Assembly (NCBI GenBank): GCA_048629905.1
Contig: JAIWHF010000002.1
Span: 1-41,902 of the forward strand
DNA length: 41,902 bases
Reading direction: 5' to 3'
DNA from: Methanosarcinales archaeon
GTDB taxonomy: Bacteria > Chloroflexota > Anaerolineae > Anaerolineales > E44-bin32
The notes beneath the pieces are model-generated. The model saw only the letters and a program-made list of their open reading frames with translations. It had not been told where the DNA came from and ran no database searches. The position numbers were made by a program, and so were the translations under genes. Of this stretch, positions 8,388-17,584 are shown in pieces (position 1 is the stretch's first letter; each line of letters begins with the position of its first letter).

Positions 8388-9407
8388 ATGACACTGGATG
8401 ATGCACCAAACGAGGCGAGCGAGCGCAAAGAAGGGCCAGTTCTGGATGAGTCGTGGTGGGCGGCGGTTCTAGAAGAGGAAGAACAGCAGGTCGGCGACAC
8501 CGAACCGGAAATTGAGGGGGGTTCAGATAGACGAATAATTAACCAAGGTGACCCAGAAGATTGGATCTGGGCCCGCGAACTTTATCAAGCCGATGAAGTC
8601 ATTGAACTTCCTATTGTTGGCTTCAATCGCGGTGGATTACTCGTCGAAGCTCGAAGCCTGCGAGGTTTTGTTCCACTTTCGCATCTCATGAACGTTCAAC
8701 CTGATCTTGAAGATGATTTGCGATTCCAGATGCTTGAAGATCAAGTTGGTAAACAGATGGGGTTGAAAGTTATTGAGTTTGATTCCGAACGTGGACGACT
8801 TGTCCTATCTCAGCGTGCAGCACTCGCCGGACCAGGAAGGCGAGTCGAGCTCTTGACATCTTTAAAGCCAGGGGATCGAGTGCGGGGAGAAGTCACCAAC
8901 ATAACTCGGTTCGGTGTCTTTGTCGACTTAGGAGGCGTGGAAGGATTGATTCACGTCTCAGAGCTCTCGTGGGGGAGGGTCGGGCATCCATCTGATGTCG
9001 TTGAGTGCGGCCAGGAAATAGAGGTCCAAATCATCTCTGTTGATCGGGATCAGGATCGAGTAGCCTTAAGCCTGAAAGAGCTTCTACCGGATCCTTGGGA
9101 AAAAGTGGATGAAAAGTATTCAATCGAGCAGATTGTGGAAGGTGTCGTGACGAATGTGGTTAAATTCGGCGCCTTCATTGGCATTGAGGAGGGTTTGGAA
9201 GGGTTGATTCATGTTTCTGAGTTGGGCGATGGCAGCTTTCTCCACCCTCGCAATGTCCTTCATGAGGGGGAGCAAGTGAGGGTGCGAATTATCCATATCG
9301 ATGCATCAGACCGTCGTTTGGGATTGAGTCTGCGCGATGTCCCACAGACGACTTCAGATGAATCTGAACCTGAGGTTGAATCATCCGCATCCCTTCCGGC
9401 GGTGTAG
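8388..9407 (+). CDS. S1 RNA-binding domain protein (three S1 repeats, acidic N-terminus)
   Basis: Repeated S1 signatures are seen: GDRVRGEVTNITRFGVFVDLGGVEGLIHVSELSW and VEGVVTNVVKFGAFIGIEEGLEGLIHVSEL. Confidence 0.85.
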   Translation: MTLDDAPNEASERKEGPVLDESWWAAVLEEEEQQVGDTEPEIEGGSDRRIINQGDPEDWIWARELYQADEVIELPIVGFNRGGLLVEARSLRGFVPLSHLMNVQPDLEDDLRFQMLEDQVGKQMGLKVIEFDSERGRLVLSQRAALAGPGRRVELLTSLKPGDRVRGEVTNITRFGVFVDLGGVEGLIHVSELSWGRVGHPSDVVECGQEIEVQIISVDRDQDRVALSLKELLPDPWEKVDEKYSIEQIVEGVVTNVVKFGAFIGIEEGLEGLIHVSELGDGSFLHPRNVLHEGEQVRVRIIHIDASDRRLGLSLRDVPQTTSDESEPEVESSASLPAV

Positions 9408-9474
9408 CCACGGATGGTCCAGCGTGTACCAGGTGTAGAGCAGAGCGCGCCCGGTCGTTATTTGACGATCTGCA

Positions 9475-11727
9475 TTGACTGATATGAAAAACAAAGAACG
9501 CAAGGATAGCTCAAGCAACCAGGAAATTCCGGAAGATCGAGCAGGACCGGATTCACGTCTCTTGCTCGAAACATTCATGGATTCGATGGGTGATGTAGTC
9601 GCAGTTGCTCTTGTTGCCGTTGCGATAATTATCCTGCTTGGGCTCTTTGGCCTCACTCGTGGTGGTTTGATAGACCCGCTTATTGATCTTTTGCGAACGG
9701 GATTAGGTTATGGGGCTTTTCTAGCTCCGATCCTTCTTGGTATTCCTGTCTACTTTTCAATCCGGAAACGCCGTGGTGATTGGGTCCAGGTACCCTGGCT
9801 TCGAGTCGTTTCGTTGGAAATCGCTCTCTTCGCTGCCCTGGCACTAATGTCAACTCTCAGCGGAATGGGGCTAGCCGAGGCGGAAGCAGGCTCTGGCGGG
9901 GGCATCGTGGGCTGGGGGCTTGCCCGGCTTACGGGTGACATTTTTGGCGGCTTCGGTCGGATTCTTGTGCTAGGTTTGATCTTTCTCGTTTCTCTGTTTC
10001 TTGGGGTGGGGGATTTCCTCAAGCGAACGATCGACGGGTTAGGGTCTTCTACGATTGGCAGTACTCCACCTCTGACGGAGAGAGAAACTTTTGCTGAGAT
10101 AGAAGCTTCGAAGGTACAGCAAGATTCGCAAAAACCAGTGAAAGCACAGTCTGTTCGCCGGCTCCCGCGGGAGTTCCGGAAGAACTTCCAGGTTGCACAA
10201 ACCACGGATGAAAAACCAAGCCAATCCACAAAACGTGATCCACGGCTGCCAACGCTGGATATTCTCGATCATGAGAAAAAAGGCTCCGTTACGTCAAAGG
10301 AGATTAATCTTGCTGCAGGTCTAATCGAAAAAACGCTGGCAGATTTCGGCTTGCCAGCACGGGTTGTTAATTTTCGAACCGGACCTTCGGTGACGCAGTT
10401 TGCAGTCGAGCCCGGGTATGTCGAACATGTAGGTTCGGACGGTGAGGTTCACAGACAGAAAGTGCGGGTCTCTCAGATATCTGCTCTCGCGAATGACCTG
10501 GCGCTGGCCCTCTCCTCTCCACGCCTGCGTATCGAAGCCCCGGTTCCTGGGCAGGCGTACGTAGGCATAGAGGTTCCAAATCGCAAGCCTTCAATAGTCC
10601 GGCTGCGGCCGATATTGGGAACGGATACCTTTCAGTCGATCTCATCTCCGTTAGCCTTGGCGTTGGGCAGAGACGTAGCTGGCGCAGCGGTCGCCACCGA
10701 CCTGACGGCAATGCCGCATCTTCTCATCGCCGGGACGACAGGGTCCGGAAAGTCGGTATGCATTGCCTCGGTCGCTGTTTGTCTGGCGATGAACAACACG
10801 CCGGAAGACATGCGTCTGGTGATGATCGATCCGAAAATGGTTGAATTGATACGCTTTAATGGGCTCCCTCATTTGCTGGGCAAAGTTGAGACAGAGTTGG
10901 AGCGAATTGTTGGAGTGTTGCGCTGGTGTACAGTTGAGATGGATCGGCGCTACCGGCTCCTGGAGTCCACCAAAGCGCGCGATATCGAAATGTACAACCA
11001 GAAAACAAGACGTAAGAAAGATTTCGAGCGTTTACCGCGCATCGTTGTCCTGATCGATGAGCTGGCGGATTTGATGATGATGGCGCCGGATCAGACGGAG
11101 CACACACTCGTCCGACTGGCACAGATGGCGCGCGCGACGGGGATCCATCTCGTCGTCGCTACCCAGCGGCCAAGCACAGACATTCTAACGGGTTTGATCA
11201 AGGCGAATTTCCCCGCCAGGATTTCCTTCGCTGTCGCCTCCGGCATTGATTCACGTGTCATCCTCGACACTTCTGGCGCTGAGACGCTGCTAGGGAAGGG
11301 TGATATGCTCTTCCTCTCCCCGGAAGCGAGCGTTCCGGTTCGCCTGCAAGGGGTTTATATGACCGATGGGGAAATCGAGCGGTTAAAAGCTTATTGGCAG
11401 GAAGAACTTGGTGAAGAATCTCCTGAAGCTGAAGAAGCACCATGGGAAGAACTGCTTCACCGCCAGGCTTCTCTTGGGGATCAAGATGAGATTCTTGAAC
11501 AGGCTATCGAATTAGTGAGGCAACGCAATGAAGCCAGCGCCTCACTACTCCAGCGCGGCCTGAAAATTGGCTACCCAAGAGCGGCAAGATTGATGGACCA
11601 ATTGGAAGAATTAGGCGTTGTTGGCCGCCCGCAGGCTGGTGGAAGAACGCGGGAGGTCTTGATGGGGACAGATGAAGACCCATCAGCTCCAGCTAACGAA
11701 GATGAGGAAAATGAAGACTCGACTTGA
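9475..11727 (+). CDS. ftsK: DNA translocase FtsK/SpoIIIE
   Basis: N-terminal TM helices, then a linker. Motor domain has Walker A IAGTTGSGKSV and Walker B VVLIDELADLMM, plus RATGIHLVVATQRPS. A gamma winged helix is present (LLQRGLKIGYPRAARLMDQLEELGVVG). Start is TTG 9475 or ATG 9484. Confidence 0.92.
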   Translation: MTDMKNKERKDSSSNQEIPEDRAGPDSRLLLETFMDSMGDVVAVALVAVAIIILLGLFGLTRGGLIDPLIDLLRTGLGYGAFLAPILLGIPVYFSIRKRRGDWVQVPWLRVVSLEIALFAALALMSTLSGMGLAEAEAGSGGGIVGWGLARLTGDIFGGFGRILVLGLIFLVSLFLGVGDFLKRTIDGLGSSTIGSTPPLTERETFAEIEASKVQQDSQKPVKAQSVRRLPREFRKNFQVAQTTDEKPSQSTKRDPRLPTLDILDHEKKGSVTSKEINLAAGLIEKTLADFGLPARVVNFRTGPSVTQFAVEPGYVEHVGSDGEVHRQKVRVSQISALANDLALALSSPRLRIEAPVPGQAYVGIEVPNRKPSIVRLRPILGTDTFQSISSPLALALGRDVAGAAVATDLTAMPHLLIAGTTGSGKSVCIASVAVCLAMNNTPEDMRLVMIDPKMVELIRFNGLPHLLGKVETELERIVGVLRWCTVEMDRRYRLLESTKARDIEMYNQKTRRKKDFERLPRIVVLIDELADLMMMAPDQTEHTLVRLAQMARATGIHLVVATQRPSTDILTGLIKANFPARISFAVASGIDSRVILDTSGAETLLGKGDMLFLSPEASVPVRLQGVYMTDGEIERLKAYWQEELGEESPEAEEAPWEELLHRQASLGDQDEILEQAIELVRQRNEASASLLQRGLKIGYPRAARLMDQLEELGVVGRPQAGGRTREVLMGTDEDPSAPANEDEENEDST

Positions 11728-11790
11728 CCACAATAATATCTACGGTTAGCATACCTTTCGGAAATCCTGAGTGAGGTGGGAATATAGCGT

Positions 11791-12402
11791 ATGGATGAAT
11801 CTACACAACAAGAAAAAATCACTTTAACGGATGCACTTCGGGTCCGCTTTAAGAAAATTCTCGACTGGGTCGGCGCCTTCCTTAATGGATTAGGGATCAC
11901 TCCGAATACATTAACGATATCAGGTTTAGTAGGAAACTTGATCGGCGCGTATTTCTTGGCCATTGGGTCCTTTATGGTTGGCGGATTTATTCTGCTCGCA
12001 ATGGGAGCAATCGATGCGCTCGATGGGACCATGGCGCGATTGCGGGGTGAGCCGAGCGACTTCGGAGCGTTTGTTGATTCGGTCACCGATCGATATTCAG
12101 AATTTGTCATATACGCTGGGTTGCTCTTCTACGCTGTCAACGAATTGAATTTAGCCCTGGCGATGCTGGTGTTTGCAGCAACAGCAGGGTCTGTTATGGT
12201 TTCTTACATTCGCGCACGTGCGCAGAGCCTGGGGTATGAGGCGAAGGGGGGGATGTTAACCCGCTTCGAGAGGTTCATCATCCTTATCCCTAGTTTAATA
12301 TTTGGTTACCCATGGATTGGTGTATCTATAATCGCAATTCTCGCAAACATCACCGCTCTTCAGCGAATTTTCAGCGTCCGCCGACAAGCACGTAAAGGAT
12401 AA
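11791..12402 (+). CDS. CDP-alcohol phosphatidyltransferase family protein
   Basis: Signature DALDGTMARLRGEPSDFGAFVDSVTDRYSE (DGxxAR...G...D...D). Multi-pass membrane protein. Confidence 0.85.
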   Translation: MDESTQQEKITLTDALRVRFKKILDWVGAFLNGLGITPNTLTISGLVGNLIGAYFLAIGSFMVGGFILLAMGAIDALDGTMARLRGEPSDFGAFVDSVTDRYSEFVIYAGLLFYAVNELNLALAMLVFAATAGSVMVSYIRARAQSLGYEAKGGMLTRFERFIILIPSLIFGYPWIGVSIIAILANITALQRIFSVRRQARKG

Positions 12403-12406
12403 TCCC

Positions 12407-13207
12407 ATGTCCTTCGACCAATACGGAATCCATCTAGGATTCCTATATCTTCGTTACTATGGCATGATCATCATGTTCGGGGTCGTCATGGCCACGTACC
12501 TCGCCCGTTGGATGCTCCGTCAGATGGGAGAGGACCCCGAGATTGTATGGGATGCACTGACATGGGTGCTGATCTTTGGCGTCATCGGGGCACGTCTTTA
12601 CCACGTATTAACGCCATCGCGTTATTCCGGGATCACAACTGCGGATTATTTACAGAACCCGTTAATGATCCTCACTACGTGGGAAGGCGGATTGGCCATG
12701 CCGGGAGCGATCATCGGCGGGGTTCTGGGCATGTATATCTTTTGCAAGCGCAATAAGATAAAGATGGGGACGCTGCTCGACGCCGCCGCCCCTGGAATTG
12801 CCTTAGCCCAGGCAATCGGCCGCTGGGGAAATTACATTAACCAGGAGCTTTATGGCCCCCCAACCGATCTTCCCTGGGGGATATTTATTGCGCCCCAGAA
12901 TCGCATTCGGGAATATGCGGCTTTTGAGCATTTCCATCCGCTCTTCCTGTATGAGTCCATCTGGAATCTATTCAATATGTTCTTTCTCCTTTGGATATGG
13001 CGTAGATTCGGCGATCGTTTGAAATCCGGAGATCTCTTCCTGGTGTATTTGATCATGTATCCGCTAGGTCGACTTTTGCTGGAATTTATTCGCTTGGATT
13101 ATGTTCCACTCTTTGGGATCAATTTCAATCAAGGATTTATGCTTCTTATCGCCATTGGTAGTGCCTTGGTTATCTTCCTGCGCCATCGCAAGGGGAGTAC
13201 CGCTTAA
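12407..13207 (+). CDS. lgt: Prolipoprotein diacylglyceryl transferase
   Basis: Motifs GARLYHVL, WEGGLAMPGAIIGG, AIGRWGNYINQELYG and PLFLYES are seen. Confidence 0.9.
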   Translation: MSFDQYGIHLGFLYLRYYGMIIMFGVVMATYLARWMLRQMGEDPEIVWDALTWVLIFGVIGARLYHVLTPSRYSGITTADYLQNPLMILTTWEGGLAMPGAIIGGVLGMYIFCKRNKIKMGTLLDAAAPGIALAQAIGRWGNYINQELYGPPTDLPWGIFIAPQNRIREYAAFEHFHPLFLYESIWNLFNMFFLLWIWRRFGDRLKSGDLFLVYLIMYPLGRLLLEFIRLDYVPLFGINFNQGFMLLIAIGSALVIFLRHRKGSTA

Positions 13208-13268
13208 TATTTGATCTGCGGGAAGCGTCTACTGTACACACCGCCCTCACACTAATAATAAATCGTAG

Positions 13269-13290
13269 GGGCCGACACACAGGTCGGCCC
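13269..13290. repeat. GGGCCGAC-N6-GTCGGCCC hairpin (one member of a hairpin family)
   Basis: 8-bp perfect stem. Similar hairpins lie at 35069-35091 and 35448-35469, with more degenerate ones at 34980-35008 and 35322-35341. Confidence 0.7.
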
Positions 13291-13307
13291 ATCGGTAGCA
13301 CACATCC

Positions 13308-13339
13308 AACCTCCCGCAGGATAAAACCTGCGGGAGGTT
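13308..13339 (+). terminator. Hairpin repeat copy B (AACCTCCCGCAGG stem) followed by TTTT; likely lgt terminator
   Basis: Arms are identical to those at 22-56; the loop is 3 nt shorter. The T-run follows directly after the stem. Confidence 0.65.
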
Positions 13340-13450
13340 TTAACATGCGACCGGAAGCTCTGTTTCCTCAATGCCATATAATCAGGAGGCGGTTGAGATA
13401 GCCCGGTTTTGTTTGGGACGGAAGGATGATTGAAGGTTCGTGGAAGAAAT

Positions 13451-13459
13451 TGCTATAAT
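13451..13459 (+). promoter_or_regulatory. Extended -10 element TGCTATAAT upstream of the ABC transporter operon
   Basis: TG-n-TATAAT ends 12 nt before GTG 13472. Confidence 0.35.
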
Positions 13460-13471
13460 GCGCCGAGTTAA

Positions 13472-14425
13472 GTGATGAGTAGTATCGAAGCTAATTCCCT
13501 TTGTAAAATGTTTGGGACCTTCACGGCAGTGGATGATGTGTCGCTCCATGTTGAGCCGGGAGAGATCCTCGCGCTGCTAGGACCGAACGGAGCAGGAAAA
13601 ACAACGACGATTCGGATGCTGGCCTCGATTCTGAAGCCGACGCGCGGCAGCGCTAAAATCGCCGGATATGACATTGCACATGAACAAGAGGCTGTGCGCA
13701 GCGTTGTAGGCTTGCTGACGGAACAACACGGCCTATATACGAGAATGCGCGCCGCTGAATACCTCGATTTCTTTGGGAGCGTCTACGGCATAGATTCTTC
13801 TACGATCCAACAAAGGACCCACACTCTCCTGGGTGAGTATAAGCTGCAGGAATCTGCTGAGCTTCGACTTGGTCAGTACTCAAAAGGGATGCGACAGAAG
13901 TTAGCGCTCGTACGAGCTTTGTTGCATGAACCGCAGATTCTGCTTTTAGATGAACCCACTTCAGCGATGGATCCTGAGAGTGCGCACCATGTCCGCAGCA
14001 GCATTGTCGAAATGAGGTCAGACGATCGGGCGATCATCGTGTGCACCCATAATCTATTTGAGGCGGAGGCTCTCGCCGATCGAATTGCGATCATTCGCAG
14101 AGGAAAGATCATCGCCAATGACCCCCCGGCTGATCTCAAGCGAAAAATGGTTGGCGATCCGGTTATGGAGCTGCGATTGGCTTGTTCTCTGGACGGAGCG
14201 CTCGAGCATCTGCCAGAGGGGATCGTAGAAATTGCGGCAGGGGAAAATTGGGTTCGATACAGCACTTCGCAGCCTGAAGTCGTCAATCCGAAAATCCTGA
14301 GTTCGTTAGCGAAAGCCGGAATTCCAGTGATTACGCTCTCCAGGATAGAGCGGAGCCTCGAGGAAGTTTACCTGCAGGTGGTGAGCGAAGATGATTCGCA
14401 AGAGGAGATGGTTGATGGCCACTGA
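13472..14425 (+). CDS. ABC transporter ATP-binding protein (ABC-2/NatA-like)
   Basis: Walker A GPNGAGKTT, signature YSKGMRQKL, Walker B ILLLDEPTSAMD and H-loop CTHNL. Start is GTG 13472 or ATG 13475. Confidence 0.92.
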   Translation: MMSSIEANSLCKMFGTFTAVDDVSLHVEPGEILALLGPNGAGKTTTIRMLASILKPTRGSAKIAGYDIAHEQEAVRSVVGLLTEQHGLYTRMRAAEYLDFFGSVYGIDSSTIQQRTHTLLGEYKLQESAELRLGQYSKGMRQKLALVRALLHEPQILLLDEPTSAMDPESAHHVRSSIVEMRSDDRAIIVCTHNLFEAEALADRIAIIRRGKIIANDPPADLKRKMVGDPVMELRLACSLDGALEHLPEGIVEIAAGENWVRYSTSQPEVVNPKILSSLAKAGIPVITLSRIERSLEEVYLQVVSEDDSQEEMVDGH

Positions 14426-15860
14426 GGCTTCGACCCCTACTACTCTTTTCAGCGGTGCATGGATCGTCGCCCGCCGGGAAATCAGAGATCAGTTTCGGGA
14501 TTGGCGAGTTCTAGCGCCGATTCTCCTGCTGACTTTGTTCTTCCCAATACTGATGAATTTCACAGCGAGTCAGGCGGTTGACTTCGTAGGCCGCTACGGG
14601 GCGCCGATCATTGGCGAACGCCTGATCCCTTTCCTGCTAATGGTTGTCGGTTTTTTTCCAATTTCGATTTCAATCGTTATCGCTTTGGAGAGCTTCGCCG
14701 GGGAGCGCGAAAGACAAACTTTAGAACCGCTTCTGGCGACTCCTTTATCCGATGGCCAACTTTACCTGGGGAAGACGGCAGCCTCGCTTGTCCCTCCACT
14801 GGCGGCAGCATATTTGGGCATCACCGTCTATCTGATTGGGTTATTGATTAAAATACAGTGGGTCCCTTCACCTCAGTTGTTGATACAGATCCTTTCACTA
14901 ACGACAATCCAAGCGATGGTAATGGTCAGCGGCGCGGTCGTGATCTCATCATTGACCACATCTGTGCGTGCTGCGAACTTGTTGGCTTCCTTTATTATCA
15001 TTCCAGTGGCTATGCTGATCATGGGTGAAAGCATGATCATGTTCTGGGGTCTCTATCATATTCTGTGGTGGATCGTGCTCGCCCTGATGCTCATCGCGAT
15101 TGTCCTGACGCGGATGGGGCTGCGACTCTTCAATCGTGAGGAGCTTCTTGCCCGCGAGTTTGATGTGCTTGACCTACGCGGGGCATCTAGGCGCTTCTGG
15201 TCATCGTTTCTCTCTGGTGCCCGGAATCCCCTGGAATGGTATGGTGGATTGTTCTCGAAATCATTAAAGCGCATAAGGTTTCCAATACTTATAACTTCAG
15301 CTATTCTCTTAGCAGGCTTCTTCGTGGGTTATAAACAGGCAGAAGTGTTTAGACTGCCAGCTGAGATTTTTCAAGTTAATGCGTTCGATAAGGATTGGCT
15401 GGAGATCTTGCGTGAATTTGGGATGCTTACGCCCAGCGGGGTGGTGAAGATCCTCTGGGCGAACATTCGAGCGCTCATCTTGACGACGATTCTGGGTGTT
15501 TTTACTTTCGGTGTCCTGGCGGAAGTTCTCCTGATGGCACCTTTGATGATAACAGGTTACTTTGCGGGGTCCTTAACGCAGGCCGGGCAAGGTGCCTTCC
15601 AGTACTTAACTGCGCTTGTGTTACCGCATGCGATACTTGAGGTTCCGGCTGCGATCCTCGCCGGTGCGGCTATCTTGCAGCTGGGAATGGCTGCGATCAG
15701 CGTTCCTAAGGGGAGTTCGTTAGGAGAGGGATGGACAACTTCGCTTGCAGAATGGGCAAGAATCTCGATCGGAATTGTCCTGCCACTTCTTATTGCCGCA
15801 GCGTTTCTCGAGGTATTCTTGACCCCGCGCATCGCTGTATGGCTGCTTTCTGGATCATAA
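14391..15860 (+). CDS. ABC-2 type permease fused to a SpoIIM/DUF95-like membrane domain
   Basis: The N-terminal half carries the ABC-2 motif ESFAGERERQTLEPLLATPLS. The C-terminal half carries the SpoIIM-type motif LPHAILEVPAAILAGAAIL. It overlaps the upstream gene (alternative start ATG 14415). Confidence 0.75.
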   Translation: MIRKRRWLMATEASTPTTLFSGAWIVARREIRDQFRDWRVLAPILLLTLFFPILMNFTASQAVDFVGRYGAPIIGERLIPFLLMVVGFFPISISIVIALESFAGERERQTLEPLLATPLSDGQLYLGKTAASLVPPLAAAYLGITVYLIGLLIKIQWVPSPQLLIQILSLTTIQAMVMVSGAVVISSLTTSVRAANLLASFIIIPVAMLIMGESMIMFWGLYHILWWIVLALMLIAIVLTRMGLRLFNREELLAREFDVLDLRGASRRFWSSFLSGARNPLEWYGGLFSKSLKRIRFPILITSAILLAGFFVGYKQAEVFRLPAEIFQVNAFDKDWLEILREFGMLTPSGVVKILWANIRALILTTILGVFTFGVLAEVLLMAPLMITGYFAGSLTQAGQGAFQYLTALVLPHAILEVPAAILAGAAILQLGMAAISVPKGSSLGEGWTTSLAEWARISIGIVLPLLIAAAFLEVFLTPRIAVWLLSGS

Positions 15861-15863
15861 ACT

Positions 15864-16619
15864 ATGCCTGAAATAATCATCCTCGGTTCTGCTGCAGCAA
15901 TCCCTGATCTTGAGCATGATAATTCGCACATGATCATCCAAACAGGAGATGGTGCCATATTGATCGATTGCGGCACCGCGCCTATGCTGCGCCTCGAGCG
16001 CGTGGGAATCCCATTGGTGGATATCACGGATATTATCCTGACGCATTTCCATCCAGATCATATTAGCGGCTTGCCTCTGCTTCTCATGAGCATGTGGCTT
16101 GAGGGGCGACGCAAGGCTTTACGTATATTTGGGCTGCATCATTGTTTAGAAAGGGTCGAGGATTTAATGGGTTTTTACCAATGGGGTGATTGGCCAGGTT
16201 TCTTCCCGGTGGCATTTCATCGCCTGCCGGAGAATGAGCGTGTGCAGGTCCTCGATCAAGGTGAGGTGACGATCTTCTCTTCGCCAGTTTGTCACGTAAT
16301 TCCGACGATCGGCTTACGAATTGAGGCTAGCTCATCCGGGGGAATAATCGCATACTCATGCGATACGGAGCCTTGTCAGGCGGTACTTAACCTCGCCCAG
16401 GGAGCAGGTGTGCTCATTCATGAAGCCACTGGTGAAAGCGTCGGTCACTCATCAGCCACTCAGGCAGGGGCAACAGCCCGTGATGCGGGAGTGGAGAGCT
16501 TAGTTCTGATTCACTACCCTGTGGGTGATTCTGATGTGGCTAAGTTAGTGGAAGAGGCGAGGAGTGCCTTCTCTGGGGATGTCCGACTGGCCGAGGATTT
16601 CATGAAGATTGAGTTCTGA
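15864..16619 (+). CDS. MBL-fold metallo-hydrolase (RNase Z/BN-like)
   Basis: HxHxDH motif LTHFHPDHISG; downstream conserved His and Asp (CDTEP, LIHEAT, LIHY). Confidence 0.8.
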   Translation: MPEIIILGSAAAIPDLEHDNSHMIIQTGDGAILIDCGTAPMLRLERVGIPLVDITDIILTHFHPDHISGLPLLLMSMWLEGRRKALRIFGLHHCLERVEDLMGFYQWGDWPGFFPVAFHRLPENERVQVLDQGEVTIFSSPVCHVIPTIGLRIEASSSGGIIAYSCDTEPCQAVLNLAQGAGVLIHEATGESVGHSSATQAGATARDAGVESLVLIHYPVGDSDVAKLVEEARSAFSGDVRLAEDFMKIEF

Positions 16620-16639
16620 CCAAAATCCTGAGAGGGGGT

Positions 16640-16849
16640 TCAGCCTTTTTCTGATGTCCGCACGAGAGTCGCGTGAAGATAATGGAAATCTCCGCGTGGT
16701 GGAACGAGATCGATTACTTCAATAACCTCGAAATCGCTTGAACCAAGCGAGATCACATCTCCTTGGTGGGGTGATGTATCGCTGTTTAGAATCGCTCCTG
16801 GATGATCTTCTCCCGAAACGACGTAACTCACTTTGTAGATTGCGGGCAT
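16640..16849 (-). CDS. Small hypothetical protein (69 aa)
   Basis: ATG is preceded by GAGGTG and lies 9 nt after the stop of the upstream cNMP-binding gene. No family recognised. Confidence 0.5.
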   Translation of the reverse strand: MPAIYKVSYVVSGEDHPGAILNSDTSPHQGDVISLGSSDFEVIEVIDLVPPRGDFHYLHATLVRTSEKG

Positions 16850-16858
16850 TTCTACACC

Positions 16859-17305
16859 TCAGCGGTCGGCAAAGTGGCGATGACGGAGTTTGAAGGATAG
16901 GTCAGCCGCGATGTTACGCATGACAACGTACCCCAGGTGGTGGTTTTCCTCGCATTCTTTCTCGAAGTCATCACAATGGATCATCAGCACCTTCGTCGGA
17001 TCGGAAGCTGCGCGCACCGTTGCTGAGCGAGGGCCATGGTCAACCAGCGCCATCTCACCGAATATCTGACCTTTGCCCAGGTGGACGATGGTGCGGGGTG
17101 ATTGCTCCGGCGCAGTTCCACTGTGGAGAACTTCAACGAATCCATCCAGGACTATGAAGAGATCCTCTCCGGTTTCGCCCTGTTGCGTGATGACATCACC
17201 ACTTTTGAAGGTGATTTCTTTGCAGATTAGGGAAATAGCCTGCAGCTCGGCAGGAGTGATGCCTTCAAATAACTCGACGGACCCAAGAATCTCTGTGTGG
17301 TCCAT
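16859..17305 (-). CDS. Standalone cyclic-nucleotide-binding (CAP effector) domain protein
   Basis: Motif FGEMALVDHGPRSATVRA. I prefer ATG 17305, preceded by GGAGGG, over the TTG at 17329 given in the ORF track. Confidence 0.8.
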   Translation of the reverse strand: MDHTEILGSVELFEGITPAELQAISLICKEITFKSGDVITQQGETGEDLFIVLDGFVEVLHSGTAPEQSPRTIVHLGKGQIFGEMALVDHGPRSATVRAASDPTKVLMIHCDDFEKECEENHHLGYVVMRNIAADLSFKLRHRHFADR

Positions 17306-17533
17306 AGTACCCTCCGACGCGGCACTCAAGTGCAGCTAATCGATTTTCGTCTTCATGAAATTGTACTTTAAGTTGCTTAGGATACCAACCCAATAGGCTA
17401 AAACAGTTGGACCTCAATTAGGTATGGAGAACTGCCTTTCGTAACGCTGGAAGGGGTTTTCGCACGGTGTGAATGATCTCTCGCTGACCGGTGACGGTCG
17501 CTAGTTCGTTGTTTCTTTGACGGTGAACCGCTG

Positions 17534-17542
17534 TGGTAGAAT
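17534..17542 (+). promoter_or_regulatory. Extended -10 element TGGTAGAAT upstream of hsp20
   Basis: TG-n-TAGAAT lies at 17534-17542. A TTGACG at 17517-17522 is only 14 nt upstream, which is suboptimal spacing. No CIRCE element seen. Confidence 0.4.
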
Positions 17543-17584
17543 GATTTATGTTCGGTTGCAGGCGCTCCGAGAGGTGTGCGAATC

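Noticed and set aside
22-13339. The two identical hairpins at 22-56 and 13308-13339 as att-like boundaries of a 13-kb integrated element that carries the xerD-like gene.
   Set aside because: The enclosed genes are core housekeeping genes (punA, ftsK, lgt, the S1-domain protein and a phospholipid synthase). The repeats are palindromic hairpins in inverted composite orientation rather than direct att repeats. The recombinase-like protein also appears catalytically dead.
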